Shown in pieces: positions 33,332-43,614 of a stretch of 45,755 nt of DNA (positions are counted from its first letter, which is position 1; each line of letters starts with the position of its first letter). The DNA comes from Bacillota bacterium (GTDB lineage Bacteria > Bacillota > Clostridia > Peptostreptococcales > Anaerovoracaceae). A program made the translations under genes and the position numbers. The stretch is taken from contig JALENF010000078.1 of NCBI GenBank assembly GCA_022767945.1, positions 1 through 45,755 of the forward strand. Reading direction: 5' to 3'. Under the pieces are notes generated by a model. It saw only the letters and a list, made by a program, of their open reading frames with translations, was not told where the DNA came from and ran no database searches.

Positions 33332-34104
33332 GTTTATTTGAATCATACGACAGCGAAGTGAAGGCGGCATTGAATCCGGAAGATGTATACGACAAGGTAG
33401 ATGGATTTCCTGAAACTGTCATTGTAACGTTCAAGAAGGCAATAGTTGACCTTGTTCTTGAAAATTTTGAATGCGAACCTGTAGGCACGCTGCTGAGCGG
33501 AACAGTACTGAAGATATACAGGTTCAAAGTTGATGGTCAGGATATGGCAATTTATCAGACCACTATGGGTTCTCCAATGACGGCAGCACTTATGGAGGAG
33601 GTAATTGCCATGGGTGGAAGAAGGTTCGTCTTCTTCGGCTCATGTGGGACTCTCGACAGAAATATTCCGGCAGGCCATCTTATTATTCCGACAGATGCAT
33701 ATCGTGATGAGGGCACAAGCTATCACTACCGGCCTGTATCCTATGGTGACTTTGTACATATTCCGACCGCGGCTCAAACAGCGGAAGTAATAAGAAGGAT
33801 GGGACTGAAAGCTATTGAAACAAAGGTATGGACAACAGATGGTCTGTACAGAGAAACAAGAAGAAACATGCAAAACAGACTGGAAGCAGGATGCAGGGTT
33901 GTAGATATGGAGTGTTCTGCAATCATGACTGTTGCAGAATACAGAGGGATACCTGCGTGGCAGTTCCTGTATGCAGAAGATAATCTTGACGATATTGTAT
34001 GGGATCCGAGAACTATGGGGAAGGTTCCCAGGTCAGCAAATGAATTATATCTTAAGGTGGCATTAGAGATTGCAAAGGAGACTGCATCCAATGAGCAGAA
34101 ATAA
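33328..34104 (+). CDS. Nucleoside phosphorylase (PNP/UDP family 1)
   Basis: GSCG, RDEGTSYHY, WTTDGLYRET, DMECSA. Confidence 0.85.
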   Translation: MSLFESYDSEVKAALNPEDVYDKVDGFPETVIVTFKKAIVDLVLENFECEPVGTLLSGTVLKIYRFKVDGQDMAIYQTTMGSPMTAALMEEVIAMGGRRFVFFGSCGTLDRNIPAGHLIIPTDAYRDEGTSYHYRPVSYGDFVHIPTAAQTAEVIRRMGLKAIETKVWTTDGLYRETRRNMQNRLEAGCRVVDMECSAIMTVAEYRGIPAWQFLYAEDNLDDIVWDPRTMGKVPRSANELYLKVALEIAKETASNEQK

Positions 34105-34501
34105 AAAAAAGTCAGTTGTAATTGCCGGGCTTCTTGTGCTGAGCATGATAATCAGCGGGTGTGGAAGTTATGAAAACCTGGAGGAGTATTACAATAAAGG
34201 CGAATCAGAGAAAGAACATGTCGATGCGATAGCAGACATTGAGGCGGAAAATATGACCATGACTGTTTCGGGAAATGTAATATATTATGATGTGGTGTAC
34301 GATTCAGCCTTCGAACCTGAGCTTCGGGAGTACGCCTCTCAGCAGATTGAAGCTGAGCTTGAATCCATGGAGCCTGTTTTTGCCGCAATTGCAAAAACGG
34401 TAGAGGACGAAATCAGCATCAAGGATGTGAAGGTACAGCTTACCTACCGGGATCAGTCAGGATACGTCCTTTATGAGGATACGATTTCGTCCGATGAGTA
34501 G
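34091..34501 (+). CDS. Hypothetical acidic lipoprotein
   Basis: Basic N-terminus, hydrophobic core and lipobox ISGC. RBS AAGGAG before ATG 34091. Confidence 0.7.
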   Translation: MSRNKKKSVVIAGLLVLSMIISGCGSYENLEEYYNKGESEKEHVDAIADIEAENMTMTVSGNVIYYDVVYDSAFEPELREYASQQIEAELESMEPVFAAIAKTVEDEISIKDVKVQLTYRDQSGYVLYEDTISSDE

Positions 34502-34525
34502 ATTATTTATTTGATTTTTGCTTAA

Positions 34526-35650
34526 TTATAAATTTTTCAGTATTGCTTCAAAAAGCTTTACTCCCTGGATAATAACGGAGTCATCCATATCATAGTTCAC
34601 ACTGTGAAGAGGGATGCCGCTTCCGGTTCCAAGGAAGAAGAATACGCCGGGCACCTTTTCCTGATAGAAGGAGAAGTCTTCGGCAATCATAACAGGCTTA
34701 TCAAGCTCTTTATATCCCAGTTCATCGAGGAATGGAATAGTCCGTTCGTAGAGGACTGGGCTGTTTATTACTGCAGGATGATATTTTACAATTTCCGGCC
34801 TTACTGTAACCTCCATTTCTTTGTAAATTTCATCAGAAATCCTGTCCATTTCTCTGATTATGCTGTTCCAGGTATCTTCGCTGAATGTTCTTATGGTTCC
34901 CATAAGCTCTGACCTGGGCGAGATGGCATTTCTTACCGTTCCACTTGTCATCCTGCCGAACCGGATTATACAGTTGTCATCTACTTTGTCACAGAAGTCG
35001 TATATTTCCGATATGAATTTTACTGCAGCAAACATGGCATCACGGCCTTTCCACGGTTCTCCGCAATGTGCACTTACGCCGTCAAAACTGACATCCACGG
35101 ATGTGGACTTTGCCATCATAGGACCACTGATAGATGAAATCTGTCCTTTCGGAAGGGTTGGCCAGTTGTGCAGACCGAAAACTGATGAAACATTGTATTT
35201 TTCTAAAAAGTCGGTCTGGCATATTGTCAGTGCACCATCTATTGTCTCTTCCGCAGGCTGGAAAAGAAGTACTGCATTGTGTGAGGGAGAGAAACCTTGT
35301 GATTTCAACTCTTCGATCAGCTCTGCAAAACCCAGCATTATGGCCATATGAGAGTCATGCCCGCATGCGTGCATTTTACCTTCATGTCTGGAGATAAATG
35401 GAAGTTCGTTAACCTCCCGGATAGGCAGAGCATCCATATCACATCTGAAGCAGAGTGTATCATTTCTGCCGAAGTCAAAATACGCGGCGACACCATAACC
35501 TGCAATGTCTTCTATGCCGCATGAAAGTTTTGCAAGAACCCTCCTTATATACGCACCTGTTTCAGGCAAGTCAAAGCTTAATTCCGGAATCTGGTGAAGA
35601 TCCCTTCTGTATTTTATTATTCTTTCTGATATTTCATTGTAGTCTTTCAT
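34526..35650 (-). CDS. M20D family amidohydrolase (N-acetyl-DAP deacetylase/hippurate hydrolase-like)
   Basis: RRDLHQIPE, DMDALP, MHACGHD, QPAEE, AEDFS, LHS. Confidence 0.88.
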   Translation of the reverse strand: MKDYNEISERIIKYRRDLHQIPELSFDLPETGAYIRRVLAKLSCGIEDIAGYGVAAYFDFGRNDTLCFRCDMDALPIREVNELPFISRHEGKMHACGHDSHMAIMLGFAELIEELKSQGFSPSHNAVLLFQPAEETIDGALTICQTDFLEKYNVSSVFGLHNWPTLPKGQISSISGPMMAKSTSVDVSFDGVSAHCGEPWKGRDAMFAAVKFISEIYDFCDKVDDNCIIRFGRMTSGTVRNAISPRSELMGTIRTFSEDTWNSIIREMDRISDEIYKEMEVTVRPEIVKYHPAVINSPVLYERTIPFLDELGYKELDKPVMIAEDFSFYQEKVPGVFFFLGTGSGIPLHSVNYDMDDSVIIQGVKLFEAILKNL

Positions 35651-35745
35651 GTAATTCACCTTCCTCTGAATATATTTTAAATCTAAGTAGCAATTCAGTC
35701 AAATTGTCTTTGAATAACAAAAAAAATGTGTTAAACTAGTGTGGT

Positions 35746-36606
35746 ATGAAGAATTTTGAGAAAATTAAGCGAAAATGGAAACGACAACTGAAAAAAAAGA
35801 TGGACCAGACAAGAGCTTTTGTGAAAAAGGTGCTTATAGGAACGCTTGTTATCGCTGTTGCTGTAGCTGTTATTTTTTGTATTCTGCACATAAAAAGCTC
35901 CACGTATGACGGACTGGATGAAGAATCGGAATATGAGGCATCACCATATAATATGGAATACCTGTATTCAGGAATGAACGGAAAAATTTACGATGATGGG
36001 GTTTATTCGTCCCGGAAGGGTATAGATGTTTCGGTTTTCCAGGGCGACATAGACTGGAAAAAGGTGAAGCAGGCAGGTGTGGATTTTGCAATGATAAGAC
36101 TTGGCTTCAGAAGCTCGTCTGACGGGATTATTCACATGGATGCCAATTTCAAAAAGAACCTCAGAGGTGCAAAGGCTGCCGGAGTAGATGTAGGAGTTTA
36201 TTTCTTTTCCCAGGCAATAAATGTAGAGGAGGCCATAGAGGAAGCAAAATTTGTGCTTAGGCATATACGTTTTCATGGAATAAGATATCCGGTTGCTTTC
36301 GATATGGAACCTGTAGACCGTGAAGGCAGAATTGCAGGTCTGAGCAGAGAAGAGAAAACTGAAATTGCAGACGCATTTTGTCAGGTTATCCGGTCAAACC
36401 GGTTCAAGCCGGTTATTTATGGCAATCCTACATGGCTAAGAAAGAACATTAATCTTGATTATCTGACTGAGTATGACCTTTGGCTGGCTCACTATACGGA
36501 CGCTACTGATTTTTCTAATAAGTTCATCATATGGCAGTATACTGATTCCGGGAAGGTTGACGGAATCGACGGATACGTGGATCTAAACCTGTATCTTAAA
36601 AATTAA
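35746..36606 (+). CDS. GH25 family muramidase, N-terminally membrane-anchored
   Basis: GIDVS, DW, YFFSQA, FDME (DxE), WQYT, VDLN motifs and one TM helix. Confidence 0.88.
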   Translation: MKNFEKIKRKWKRQLKKKMDQTRAFVKKVLIGTLVIAVAVAVIFCILHIKSSTYDGLDEESEYEASPYNMEYLYSGMNGKIYDDGVYSSRKGIDVSVFQGDIDWKKVKQAGVDFAMIRLGFRSSSDGIIHMDANFKKNLRGAKAAGVDVGVYFFSQAINVEEAIEEAKFVLRHIRFHGIRYPVAFDMEPVDREGRIAGLSREEKTEIADAFCQVIRSNRFKPVIYGNPTWLRKNINLDYLTEYDLWLAHYTDATDFSNKFIIWQYTDSGKVDGIDGYVDLNLYLKN

Positions 36607-36623
36607 AGAAAGAGGATAGAGAT

Positions 36624-37487
36624 ATGAAAATAAAAGATATTTTTAATGGTGAAAAGACAGTATTCTCCTTTGAAGTTTTTCCGCCCAAGAGAGATAATTC
36701 AATAGATACAATTTATAAGACGCTGGACGAGCTTCAGGATTTGAAGCCGGATTTTATCAGTGTTACATATGGTGCAAGCGGAAGCCTGATGGACAATTCA
36801 ACCTGTGAAATTGCTTCTGCTATCAGAAACAAGTACGGATTGCTTTCTGCTGCACATCTTACATGTGTAAATTCAACGGAAAGCGAAGTGAGACAGGTAT
36901 TGCAGCGACTTTCTGAAAGTGGTGTAGAGAACATACTGGCATTAAGAGGAGACTATATTCCTGATGTTGCACCGAAGGAAGATTTCAAACACGCAAGTGA
37001 TCTTATTGAGTTTATTAAAAAGGAGGGATATGACTTCGGTATTTCCGGAGCATGCTATCCGGAAGGACACCTTGACAGTGAAAATCCTGTTGACGATATC
37101 AAGAACCTGAAAAAGAAGGTTGATGCAGGTGCTGAACACCTTATTTCACAGCTCTTCTTCGACAACAGAATCTTCTATGATTTCGTTGAAAAGGTCAGAA
37201 TCGCAGGAATTGATGTTCCAATTGAAGCAGGAATCATGCCTGTTGTAAACAAAAAGCAGATTGAACGTATGGTATCACTTTGCGGAGCAAGCCTGCCATC
37301 CAAGTTTACGAGAATGATGTCGAAATACGAGAACAACCCTGAAGCCATGAGGGATGCGGGAATCGCATATGCAGTTAACCAGATTGTAGATCTTGTTTCA
37401 CATGGCGTTGACGGCATACATTTATACACTATGAACAATCCGTATATTGCACGCAGAATCAGTGAGAGTGTAAGAAGCCTGTTTTAA
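36624..37487 (+). CDS. metF: 5,10-methylenetetrahydrofolate reductase
   Basis: SFEVFPPK, SVTYGA, HLTC, LALRGD, YPEGH, QLFF, HLYTMN. Confidence 0.95.
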   Translation: MKIKDIFNGEKTVFSFEVFPPKRDNSIDTIYKTLDELQDLKPDFISVTYGASGSLMDNSTCEIASAIRNKYGLLSAAHLTCVNSTESEVRQVLQRLSESGVENILALRGDYIPDVAPKEDFKHASDLIEFIKKEGYDFGISGACYPEGHLDSENPVDDIKNLKKKVDAGAEHLISQLFFDNRIFYDFVEKVRIAGIDVPIEAGIMPVVNKKQIERMVSLCGASLPSKFTRMMSKYENNPEAMRDAGIAYAVNQIVDLVSHGVDGIHLYTMNNPYIARRISESVRSLF

Positions 37488-37517
37488 TGGGTTTTGATAC
37501 GGGGAAAGGAGAAAATA

Positions 37518-39917
37518 ATGAACAAGCTGCTTAATCTTTTTCCTGAAGACAGAGAATTCATCTTCCTGGACGGGGGACTTGGAACCATGCTGCAGAAGGA
37601 AAATTTTGATATTGGAAGGGTACCTGAGGTTCTGAACATAACTCATCCGGAGATAGTGCAGAAAATACAGAAAATGTATGTGGATGCAGGCTCTGACATA
37701 ATTAATACCTGCTCATTCGGAGTAAACGAATATAAGACAGATGGCTGCGGATATTCTGTTGAGGAACTTATTCAGGCCGCTGTAAAAAATGCAAAAGAAG
37801 CTGTGGCAGGAACTGATACCAAGGTATCTCTGGATATAGGTCCTATCGGAAGGCTGCTTGAGCCCAACGGCAATCTGCCTTTTGAGGAAGCATATGAGAT
37901 ATTCAAACGCCAGATTCTGGCAGGTAAGGGTGCTGATCTTATAACAATAGAAACGATGACAGATCTTTATGAGCTTAAGGCTGCACTGCTGGCTGCCAAG
38001 GAGAACTCTGACCTTCCCGTTATCTGCACAATGTCTTTTGAGGCAAATCACAGAACTTTTACCGGTACAGAAATCAGTTCGATGGCTTTGACTGCTGAAG
38101 GGCTGGGAGCGGACGCAATAGGTGTAAACTGCTCTCTGGGTCCTGCAGAATTTCTTCCGCTTATTGCTGAACTGAGCAGGTGGACCAGACTTCCAATTGT
38201 GTCTAAAGCCAATGCCGGACTGCCTGATCCTGAAACCGGATGCTATACTACAACCGCTGAAGAGTTTGCAAAGGATACAGCGGCTCTTGTTCCGTATGGC
38301 GTTAAGCTTGTAGGTGGATGCTGCGGTACAACACCTGAGTTTATTCGTGCTGTCAGAGCTGAACTTGCTGAAATGAAGTACTGTCCAAATAATCCTGTCA
38401 TTCCTGCAGCAGTATGCACACCGGAGAAGACTGTTATTATTGATGAACCAAGAATAATAGGTGAAAGACTGAATCCTACCGGAAAGAAAAAGCTGAAGGA
38501 AGCACTTAAAGAAGGGGATATGGACTATATTCTCAATCAGGCAGCAGATCAGATCAGAGACGGCGCTGAGATTCTTGACGTTAATACGGGCATGCCTGGA
38601 ATTGACGAAAAAAAAGTTATGGTTAACATAATCAAAGCTCTTCAGGGTATAACTGACACACCTCTACAGATTGATTCAGGAAATCCGGAGGTAATTGAAG
38701 CAGCTCTCAGAGTGTACAGCGGAAAGGCCATAGTAAACTCTGTAAGCGGAGAAGAGGAATCACTTTCAAAGGTTCTGCCGTTAGTAAAGAAATATGGTGC
38801 AGCAGTGGTCGGACTTACTCTTGACGATGACGGAATTCCTAAGACAGTTGAAAAGCGGATTGAAATTGCAAATAAGATTCTTAACCGTGCACTTGAACTC
38901 GGCATTCCAAAAGAGGATGTATATATTGACTGCCTGACCCTTACTGTATCAGCTGAACAGGAAAATGCAGCAGGAACACTTAAGGCTATTAGGTACATAA
39001 AGGAAGAAATGGGATTGAAGACAGTTCTTGGGGTCTCCAATATCTCGTTCGGTCTTCCTAACAGACCGCTTATTAATCACAATTTCCTTCAGATGGCTCT
39101 GACGTGCGGACTTGACCTTCCTATTTTGAATCCGGGAGCTCCCGATATGGTTAGGGCAGTAGATGTATACAAGCTGATACACAACATCGACAGGGGTGCT
39201 AAAAACTATATTGAAAAGTACAGCGAAGAGCTTTCACCGTCAGGTGTCGGTATGAAAAGTGCAGCTACTGCCGGACAAAAAGACATGACAGAGGAAAGTG
39301 AACTTGAATATGCCATAATGAACGGTCTGACCGGAAAATGCAGAGAACTCACTGAAAAGGAGCTTGAGAACAACAGTCCGGATTATGTGATTAATCAGGT
39401 TTTGATACCGATACTCGACAAGGCCGGCAAGGAGTTTGAAATCGGAAGCATCTTTATTCCTCAGCTGATGCTTTGTGCCCAGACGGCTCAGGCTGCCTTT
39501 GACGTAATTAAGGAAAAAGTGGAGAGCACCGGCCAGACTGAGAAATGTCTTGGTAAAATCGTAATAGCGACGGTAAAAGGTGATATTCACGATATTGGAA
39601 AGAATATTGTCAAAGTAATTCTGGAAAATTACGGATATCAGATATTCGACCTTGGAAAAGATGTTGATCCTGAGGCAATTGTTAATGCTGTGGTGGAAGA
39701 AAAGGCTGAGCTTGTAGGTCTGTCAGCTTTGATGACAACCACTCTTGCAGGTATGGAAGAGACAATAAGACTTCTTCATGAGAGGGCACCGAAGTGCAGA
39801 ATTATGGTTGGAGGAGCAGTACTTACTGCAGATTATGCAGAGAAAATCGGTGCAGATTTCTATGTAAAAGATGCCAAGGCATCTGCAGATGTGGCGAAGG
39901 CTGTCTTTAAAGGTTGA
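37518..39917 (+). CDS. metH: Cobalamin-dependent methionine synthase lacking the C-terminal reactivation domain
   Basis: Hcy domain (GVNCS, GGCCGT), pterin domain (IGERLNPTG, GVSNISFG), B12 motif DIHDIG. Ends after the cobalamin domain. Confidence 0.92.
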   Translation: MNKLLNLFPEDREFIFLDGGLGTMLQKENFDIGRVPEVLNITHPEIVQKIQKMYVDAGSDIINTCSFGVNEYKTDGCGYSVEELIQAAVKNAKEAVAGTDTKVSLDIGPIGRLLEPNGNLPFEEAYEIFKRQILAGKGADLITIETMTDLYELKAALLAAKENSDLPVICTMSFEANHRTFTGTEISSMALTAEGLGADAIGVNCSLGPAEFLPLIAELSRWTRLPIVSKANAGLPDPETGCYTTTAEEFAKDTAALVPYGVKLVGGCCGTTPEFIRAVRAELAEMKYCPNNPVIPAAVCTPEKTVIIDEPRIIGERLNPTGKKKLKEALKEGDMDYILNQAADQIRDGAEILDVNTGMPGIDEKKVMVNIIKALQGITDTPLQIDSGNPEVIEAALRVYSGKAIVNSVSGEEESLSKVLPLVKKYGAAVVGLTLDDDGIPKTVEKRIEIANKILNRALELGIPKEDVYIDCLTLTVSAEQENAAGTLKAIRYIKEEMGLKTVLGVSNISFGLPNRPLINHNFLQMALTCGLDLPILNPGAPDMVRAVDVYKLIHNIDRGAKNYIEKYSEELSPSGVGMKSAATAGQKDMTEESELEYAIMNGLTGKCRELTEKELENNSPDYVINQVLIPILDKAGKEFEIGSIFIPQLMLCAQTAQAAFDVIKEKVESTGQTEKCLGKIVIATVKGDIHDIGKNIVKVILENYGYQIFDLGKDVDPEAIVNAVVEEKAELVGLSALMTTTLAGMEETIRLLHERAPKCRIMVGGAVLTADYAEKIGADFYVKDAKASADVAKAVFKG

Positions 39918-39942
39918 CTTTTGCAGATTGAATTGATACACT
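39914..39942 (+). promoter_or_regulatory. SigA-type promoter of sstT overlapping the metH stop
   Basis: TTGACT-17 bp-TACACT with extended TG. Confidence 0.6.
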
Positions 39943-39978
39943 AGAATAAGTTTGTACATACTTAGGAGGTATCATTTT

Positions 39979-41187
39979 ATGAAAGAATTATTGAAGGCCT
40001 GGAATAAGCTTAGTCTGGTAGTTCAGATTGCTATCGGTCTGGTAATCGGTATTATTCTTGCACTTACCTTACCTGACAAGCTATCCGGAATTACCATTTT
40101 AGGAAGCTTGTTTGTAGGCGCACTGAAGGGCGTTGCACCTGTTCTTGTATTCTTCCTGGTTATGTCTGCTATTTCGCAGCATAAGTCGGGACAGAAGACT
40201 AACATGAAATCAATTATCGCTTTATATCTTGTCGGAACTTTTGCAGCAGCATGTATTGCTGTTATAGCAAGCTTTGTTGTTCCGCAGACACTGACTCTGA
40301 CAGAAGGTGTCAGCGATATTGCTCCGCCTAGCGGAATTTCAGAAGTGCTTCAGACATTAGTGTTCAATATGGTAAAGAATCCTGTTGACGCACTGCTGAA
40401 TGCAAATTATATAGGCATTCTGGTGTGGGCTATTCTTTTAGGTATTGCTCTGAGACATGCAGCTGAAGGTACTAAGACAGTTATATCTAATGTGGCAGAT
40501 GCAGTATCTCAGGTTGTAAGATGGGTTATCAGATTTGCACCTCTCGGTGTAATGGGTCTGGTATTTGATGCAATTGCAACAAGTGGATTAGAAGCATTAA
40601 GGAGATATGCGGGACTTATCGTTCTGCTGGTTGCGGTTATGCTTGTAGATGCGCTGATTGTCAATCCGATTATTGTATTCTTCATGACAAGAAAGAATCC
40701 TTATCCTCTTGTTTTCAAGTGTCTGAAGGACAGCGGAATTACAGCTTTCTTCACGAGATCATCAGCTGCTAACATTCCTGTTAATATGAGGCTTTGTGAT
40801 GAACTGGGACTTGATAAGGATACTTATTCAATTTCAATTCCTTTGGGAGCTACAATTAACATGGGTGGAGCTGCGATTACTATTTCTATCCTTGCACTTG
40901 CGGCGGCGAATACTCTGGAAATTTCCGTAGATATTCCAACTGCGATTATTCTTTGCGTGCTGTCAGCTTTAAGTGCATGCGGTGCATCAGGAGTTGCAGG
41001 CGGTTCACTGCTTCTGATTCCTCTTGCATGCTCACTGTTTGGTATTCCGAATGATCTGGCAATGCAGGTTGTAGGTGTAGGATTTATCATCGGTGTTATT
41101 CAGGACTCCTGTGAAACTGCACTAAACTCATCAACAGACGTTCTGTTTACTGCAGCTGCAGATATGGCAAATAAGAGGAAAAAATAA
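39979..41187 (+). CDS. sstT: Serine/threonine:Na+ symporter
   Basis: [57 protein letters not shown] 39979 follows AGGAGG. Confidence 0.94.
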   Translation: MKELLKAWNKLSLVVQIAIGLVIGIILALTLPDKLSGITILGSLFVGALKGVAPVLVFFLVMSAISQHKSGQKTNMKSIIALYLVGTFAAACIAVIASFVVPQTLTLTEGVSDIAPPSGISEVLQTLVFNMVKNPVDALLNANYIGILVWAILLGIALRHAAEGTKTVISNVADAVSQVVRWVIRFAPLGVMGLVFDAIATSGLEALRRYAGLIVLLVAVMLVDALIVNPIIVFFMTRKNPYPLVFKCLKDSGITAFFTRSSAANIPVNMRLCDELGLDKDTYSISIPLGATINMGGAAITISILALAAANTLEISVDIPTAIILCVLSALSACGASGVAGGSLLLIPLACSLFGIPNDLAMQVVGVGFIIGVIQDSCETALNSSTDVLFTAAADMANKRKK

Positions 41188-41211
41188 ATAATAACATGAC
41201 ATGTTAAATAT

Positions 41212-41259
41212 AAAAGACGCCTGCGGCAGGTAATGAAGCTTGCCCTGGGCGTCTTTTTT
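41212..41259. terminator. Bidirectional terminator after sstT
   Basis: aaaagacgcc...ggcag...ttgcc...gggcgtcttttt stem-loop. Confidence 0.75.
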
Positions 41260-41268
41260 CTATTTGTT

Positions 41269-42729
41269 TTATTTATGCTCCTGATTTCTCAGGAATGTTA
41301 ATATAGTTCCTGTATATCTTTCCAGCCTGTCAGAATTAAGATTTACACAGATTATATCGGCTTTTTTGTTGTACTTAACTATATAAGATGCCACAGAAGG
41401 AGCAGCTGATTCGGTGTATTCAAGATTCTTGCCGGAGTACATTCTGAATGCATCCATAATCTGTGATGGAAGAGTGGAGTCATCAGATATTTTCCAGCTT
41501 TCCTGTTCACCCTGCTTATTATACTTAATGTTTGAAAGTCCGCAGATCGTCTTGTATGCTGTATCTATTTCTGAAAGAGCTGAAGCTTCCAGACTGTTTC
41601 CGGAAGCCAGAACAGAATAATGACCGTCATTTTCAGATACACTGCCTATATTTGTAGCCGATACTGTTTTATCATCGTTATCCTTGTAATATACACCATC
41701 GAGAAGCGTATACAGAACGCTTACAAACTCATCAGCATCACTCCGCTTCATAACCCTCTTTGGAAGTTTTACTTCCTCATATCCTATTTCAACCTCAGGA
41801 TACTTTTCTGTTCTTTTTTCTTTATACTTCTCAACATAACTGTCCAGTTTATTTGAAAACTTCTGGAAATCATTTTCATTTATAACTATGGTGGTACTTG
41901 CCTCTGACGGAAGGGTGGTGCCGCTCTGACCTCCCTGGAAGTCTGCAAGTTCGTAGATATACGCGTTTGTTTTAAATGATGCAAGCAGATTTCCCAGCTC
42001 CTTTATAGGGTTAGGGTAGGATGACACCAGAGTAGGAACCCCGCCTGGAAGACCTTTAATGTAGATTTTTATCGCCTTATTTCCCTTTGGCTTAGATGTA
42101 GAGTATTTCTTTGTAAATTCATAGGATGAGCTTCCACCGGTTTTGGTTGACCAGAAATTATTACCGTTGCCATTTACGCAAATGATATTCCAGTCGCCTT
42201 TAATGTAGTCCTTGTCAAGTGCCTGGATACCTTTAAAGCTGTTTTCTGTATTATTTGTAAAAATAATCCTAAGCTTCCCTGTATCATCGTTATTTTTTGC
42301 CAGATACAGTGAGAGAGCCATTGGTGCGATACAGCCTTCAAAGTGATCAACATTGTAGCTGCATACCAGAAGTGTAGGCTTGGCTTTTTTATAGTCCTTT
42401 CCTGCAGGAATATTCATTATTACATTTCCCGCTGTATCTGCTTTGCAGGTAACTCCTTTAGCCTTTGCCCAGTTGGTAAGATACTGTGCAACTGCATCCG
42501 GTGAGGTCATGCTCTCTTTCGAATCCTCCAGATCTGTGGCGTACGCCAGGGTCTTTGTTTCAATAGATGTTTTCTCTGACAGGGCCTTCTGCTTGTTATT
42601 GTATTTCAAAGCGCCGACAACAGCGGCGATCAAAACCACCAGAGCAAGAATAATCAGAATGACTGTCCTGCGGTTTATCTTCCTGTTGGTTTTGATAAGC
42701 AGTCCCTTGCTACCTATTACTAATTTCAT
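41269..42729 (-). CDS. Membrane-anchored or secreted PepD (M20C)-like protein with degenerate active site
   Basis: N-terminal TM. PepD-like segments DTAGNVIMNIPA, IKGLPGG, NPIKEL, GG...P, STNIG-like. Metal ligands are not recognisable. Confidence 0.6.
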   Translation of the reverse strand: MKLVIGSKGLLIKTNRKINRRTVILIILALVVLIAAVVGALKYNNKQKALSEKTSIETKTLAYATDLEDSKESMTSPDAVAQYLTNWAKAKGVTCKADTAGNVIMNIPAGKDYKKAKPTLLVCSYNVDHFEGCIAPMALSLYLAKNNDDTGKLRIIFTNNTENSFKGIQALDKDYIKGDWNIICVNGNGNNFWSTKTGGSSSYEFTKKYSTSKPKGNKAIKIYIKGLPGGVPTLVSSYPNPIKELGNLLASFKTNAYIYELADFQGGQSGTTLPSEASTTIVINENDFQKFSNKLDSYVEKYKEKRTEKYPEVEIGYEEVKLPKRVMKRSDADEFVSVLYTLLDGVYYKDNDDKTVSATNIGSVSENDGHYSVLASGNSLEASALSEIDTAYKTICGLSNIKYNKQGEQESWKISDDSTLPSQIMDAFRMYSGKNLEYTESAAPSVASYIVKYNKKADIICVNLNSDRLERYTGTILTFLRNQEHK

Positions 42730-42847
42730 AAAATTGTGTTTACTCCTTAAAAAAAATCATTTATAATATATCACAAAGGTTATGTCAATTGTAGGGTTTT
42801 CACGAAAACTTCACATAATTATTATTTTGCGTACAGGAGAAAAAATT

Positions 42848-43384
42848 ATGGAATCTAAGAATATTATTCTGAGGGAAACAGTTTTTGACGATTGCAGGTA
42901 CTTTGCCGAATGGGAATGCAGACCTGAGGTCACAGAGTTTTTTACTATGGATGAAGGCAGAAACTACGAGGATATCGTTACAGAATTTGTAAAATACAAT
43001 ATGGACCCAACCAGAAAGCAGTTCACCATAACGTTAAAGCCGGGAGAGAAACCTATTGGAAGAGTATACCTTTCCAGAATAAACAGAGCAGAGGATTCTC
43101 TGGATATAACCAGAATATATATCGCTGATCCTGAAAACAGACATAAGGGCTATGGAGAGGAAGTACTGCGAATGATTCTGCAGTACGCATTTATTGATCT
43201 TCATATGGAGAGAGTTACTATAGATCACTTCGAGAAGAATAAGGTTGCAGCGACGCTTTATGAAAGTATCGGATTCAAAAATGAAGGCCTGATGAGAAAT
43301 GCCGGAAAAAAAGACGGAAAGTATGTAAATCTTCAGCTGAAATCTATGCTGAGGGCAGAATACTATGACAAGATTCATAAATAG
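42848..43384 (+). CDS. GNAT acetyltransferase, RimJ/RimL type
   Basis: ILRE, RHKGYGEE acetyl-CoA motif, N..A..LYESIGFKNEG. ATG 42848 follows AGGAG. Confidence 0.88.
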   Translation: MESKNIILRETVFDDCRYFAEWECRPEVTEFFTMDEGRNYEDIVTEFVKYNMDPTRKQFTITLKPGEKPIGRVYLSRINRAEDSLDITRIYIADPENRHKGYGEEVLRMILQYAFIDLHMERVTIDHFEKNKVAATLYESIGFKNEGLMRNAGKKDGKYVNLQLKSMLRAEYYDKIHK

Positions 43385-43444
43385 AAAAAGTTTTCATTTT
43401 TTCCCAAATACCTGTAGGCGTTTGAATTACTGAGTATGATGCTT

Positions 43445-43473
43445 ATGCTGACCCGAAAGGGTCAGTATTTTTT
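43445..43473 (+). terminator. Intrinsic terminator after GNAT
   Basis: atgctgaccc-gaaa-gggtcagtat followed by a T run. Confidence 0.85.
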
Positions 43474-43495
43474 ATGTTTTTTAATGATTTAAAGG

Positions 43496-43524
43496 TTGAC
43501 CTGTGGGTATAGAAATTGTATAAT
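43496..43524 (+). promoter_or_regulatory. SigA promoter of nrdD
   Basis: TTGACC-17 bp-TATAAT. Confidence 0.8.
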
Positions 43525-43547
43525 TTGAAAGCACAAACGTCATAATA

Positions 43548-43563
43548 ACACAAGATATTGTAT
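43548..43563 (+). promoter_or_regulatory. NrdR box
   Basis: ACACAAGATATTGTAT matches acaCwAtATaTwGtgt, in the nrdD leader. Confidence 0.7.
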
Positions 43564-43614
43564 GGTATGGCGTTGAATTATTTTATGAGCGTGAAATGAA
43601 AGAGGAGAAACGAT

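Noticed and set aside
43410-43473. Possible riboswitch or sRNA upstream of nrdD
   Set aside because: The hairpin lies upstream of the nrdD promoter and is explained as the GNAT terminator. No cobalamin or fluoride aptamer motifs are seen.
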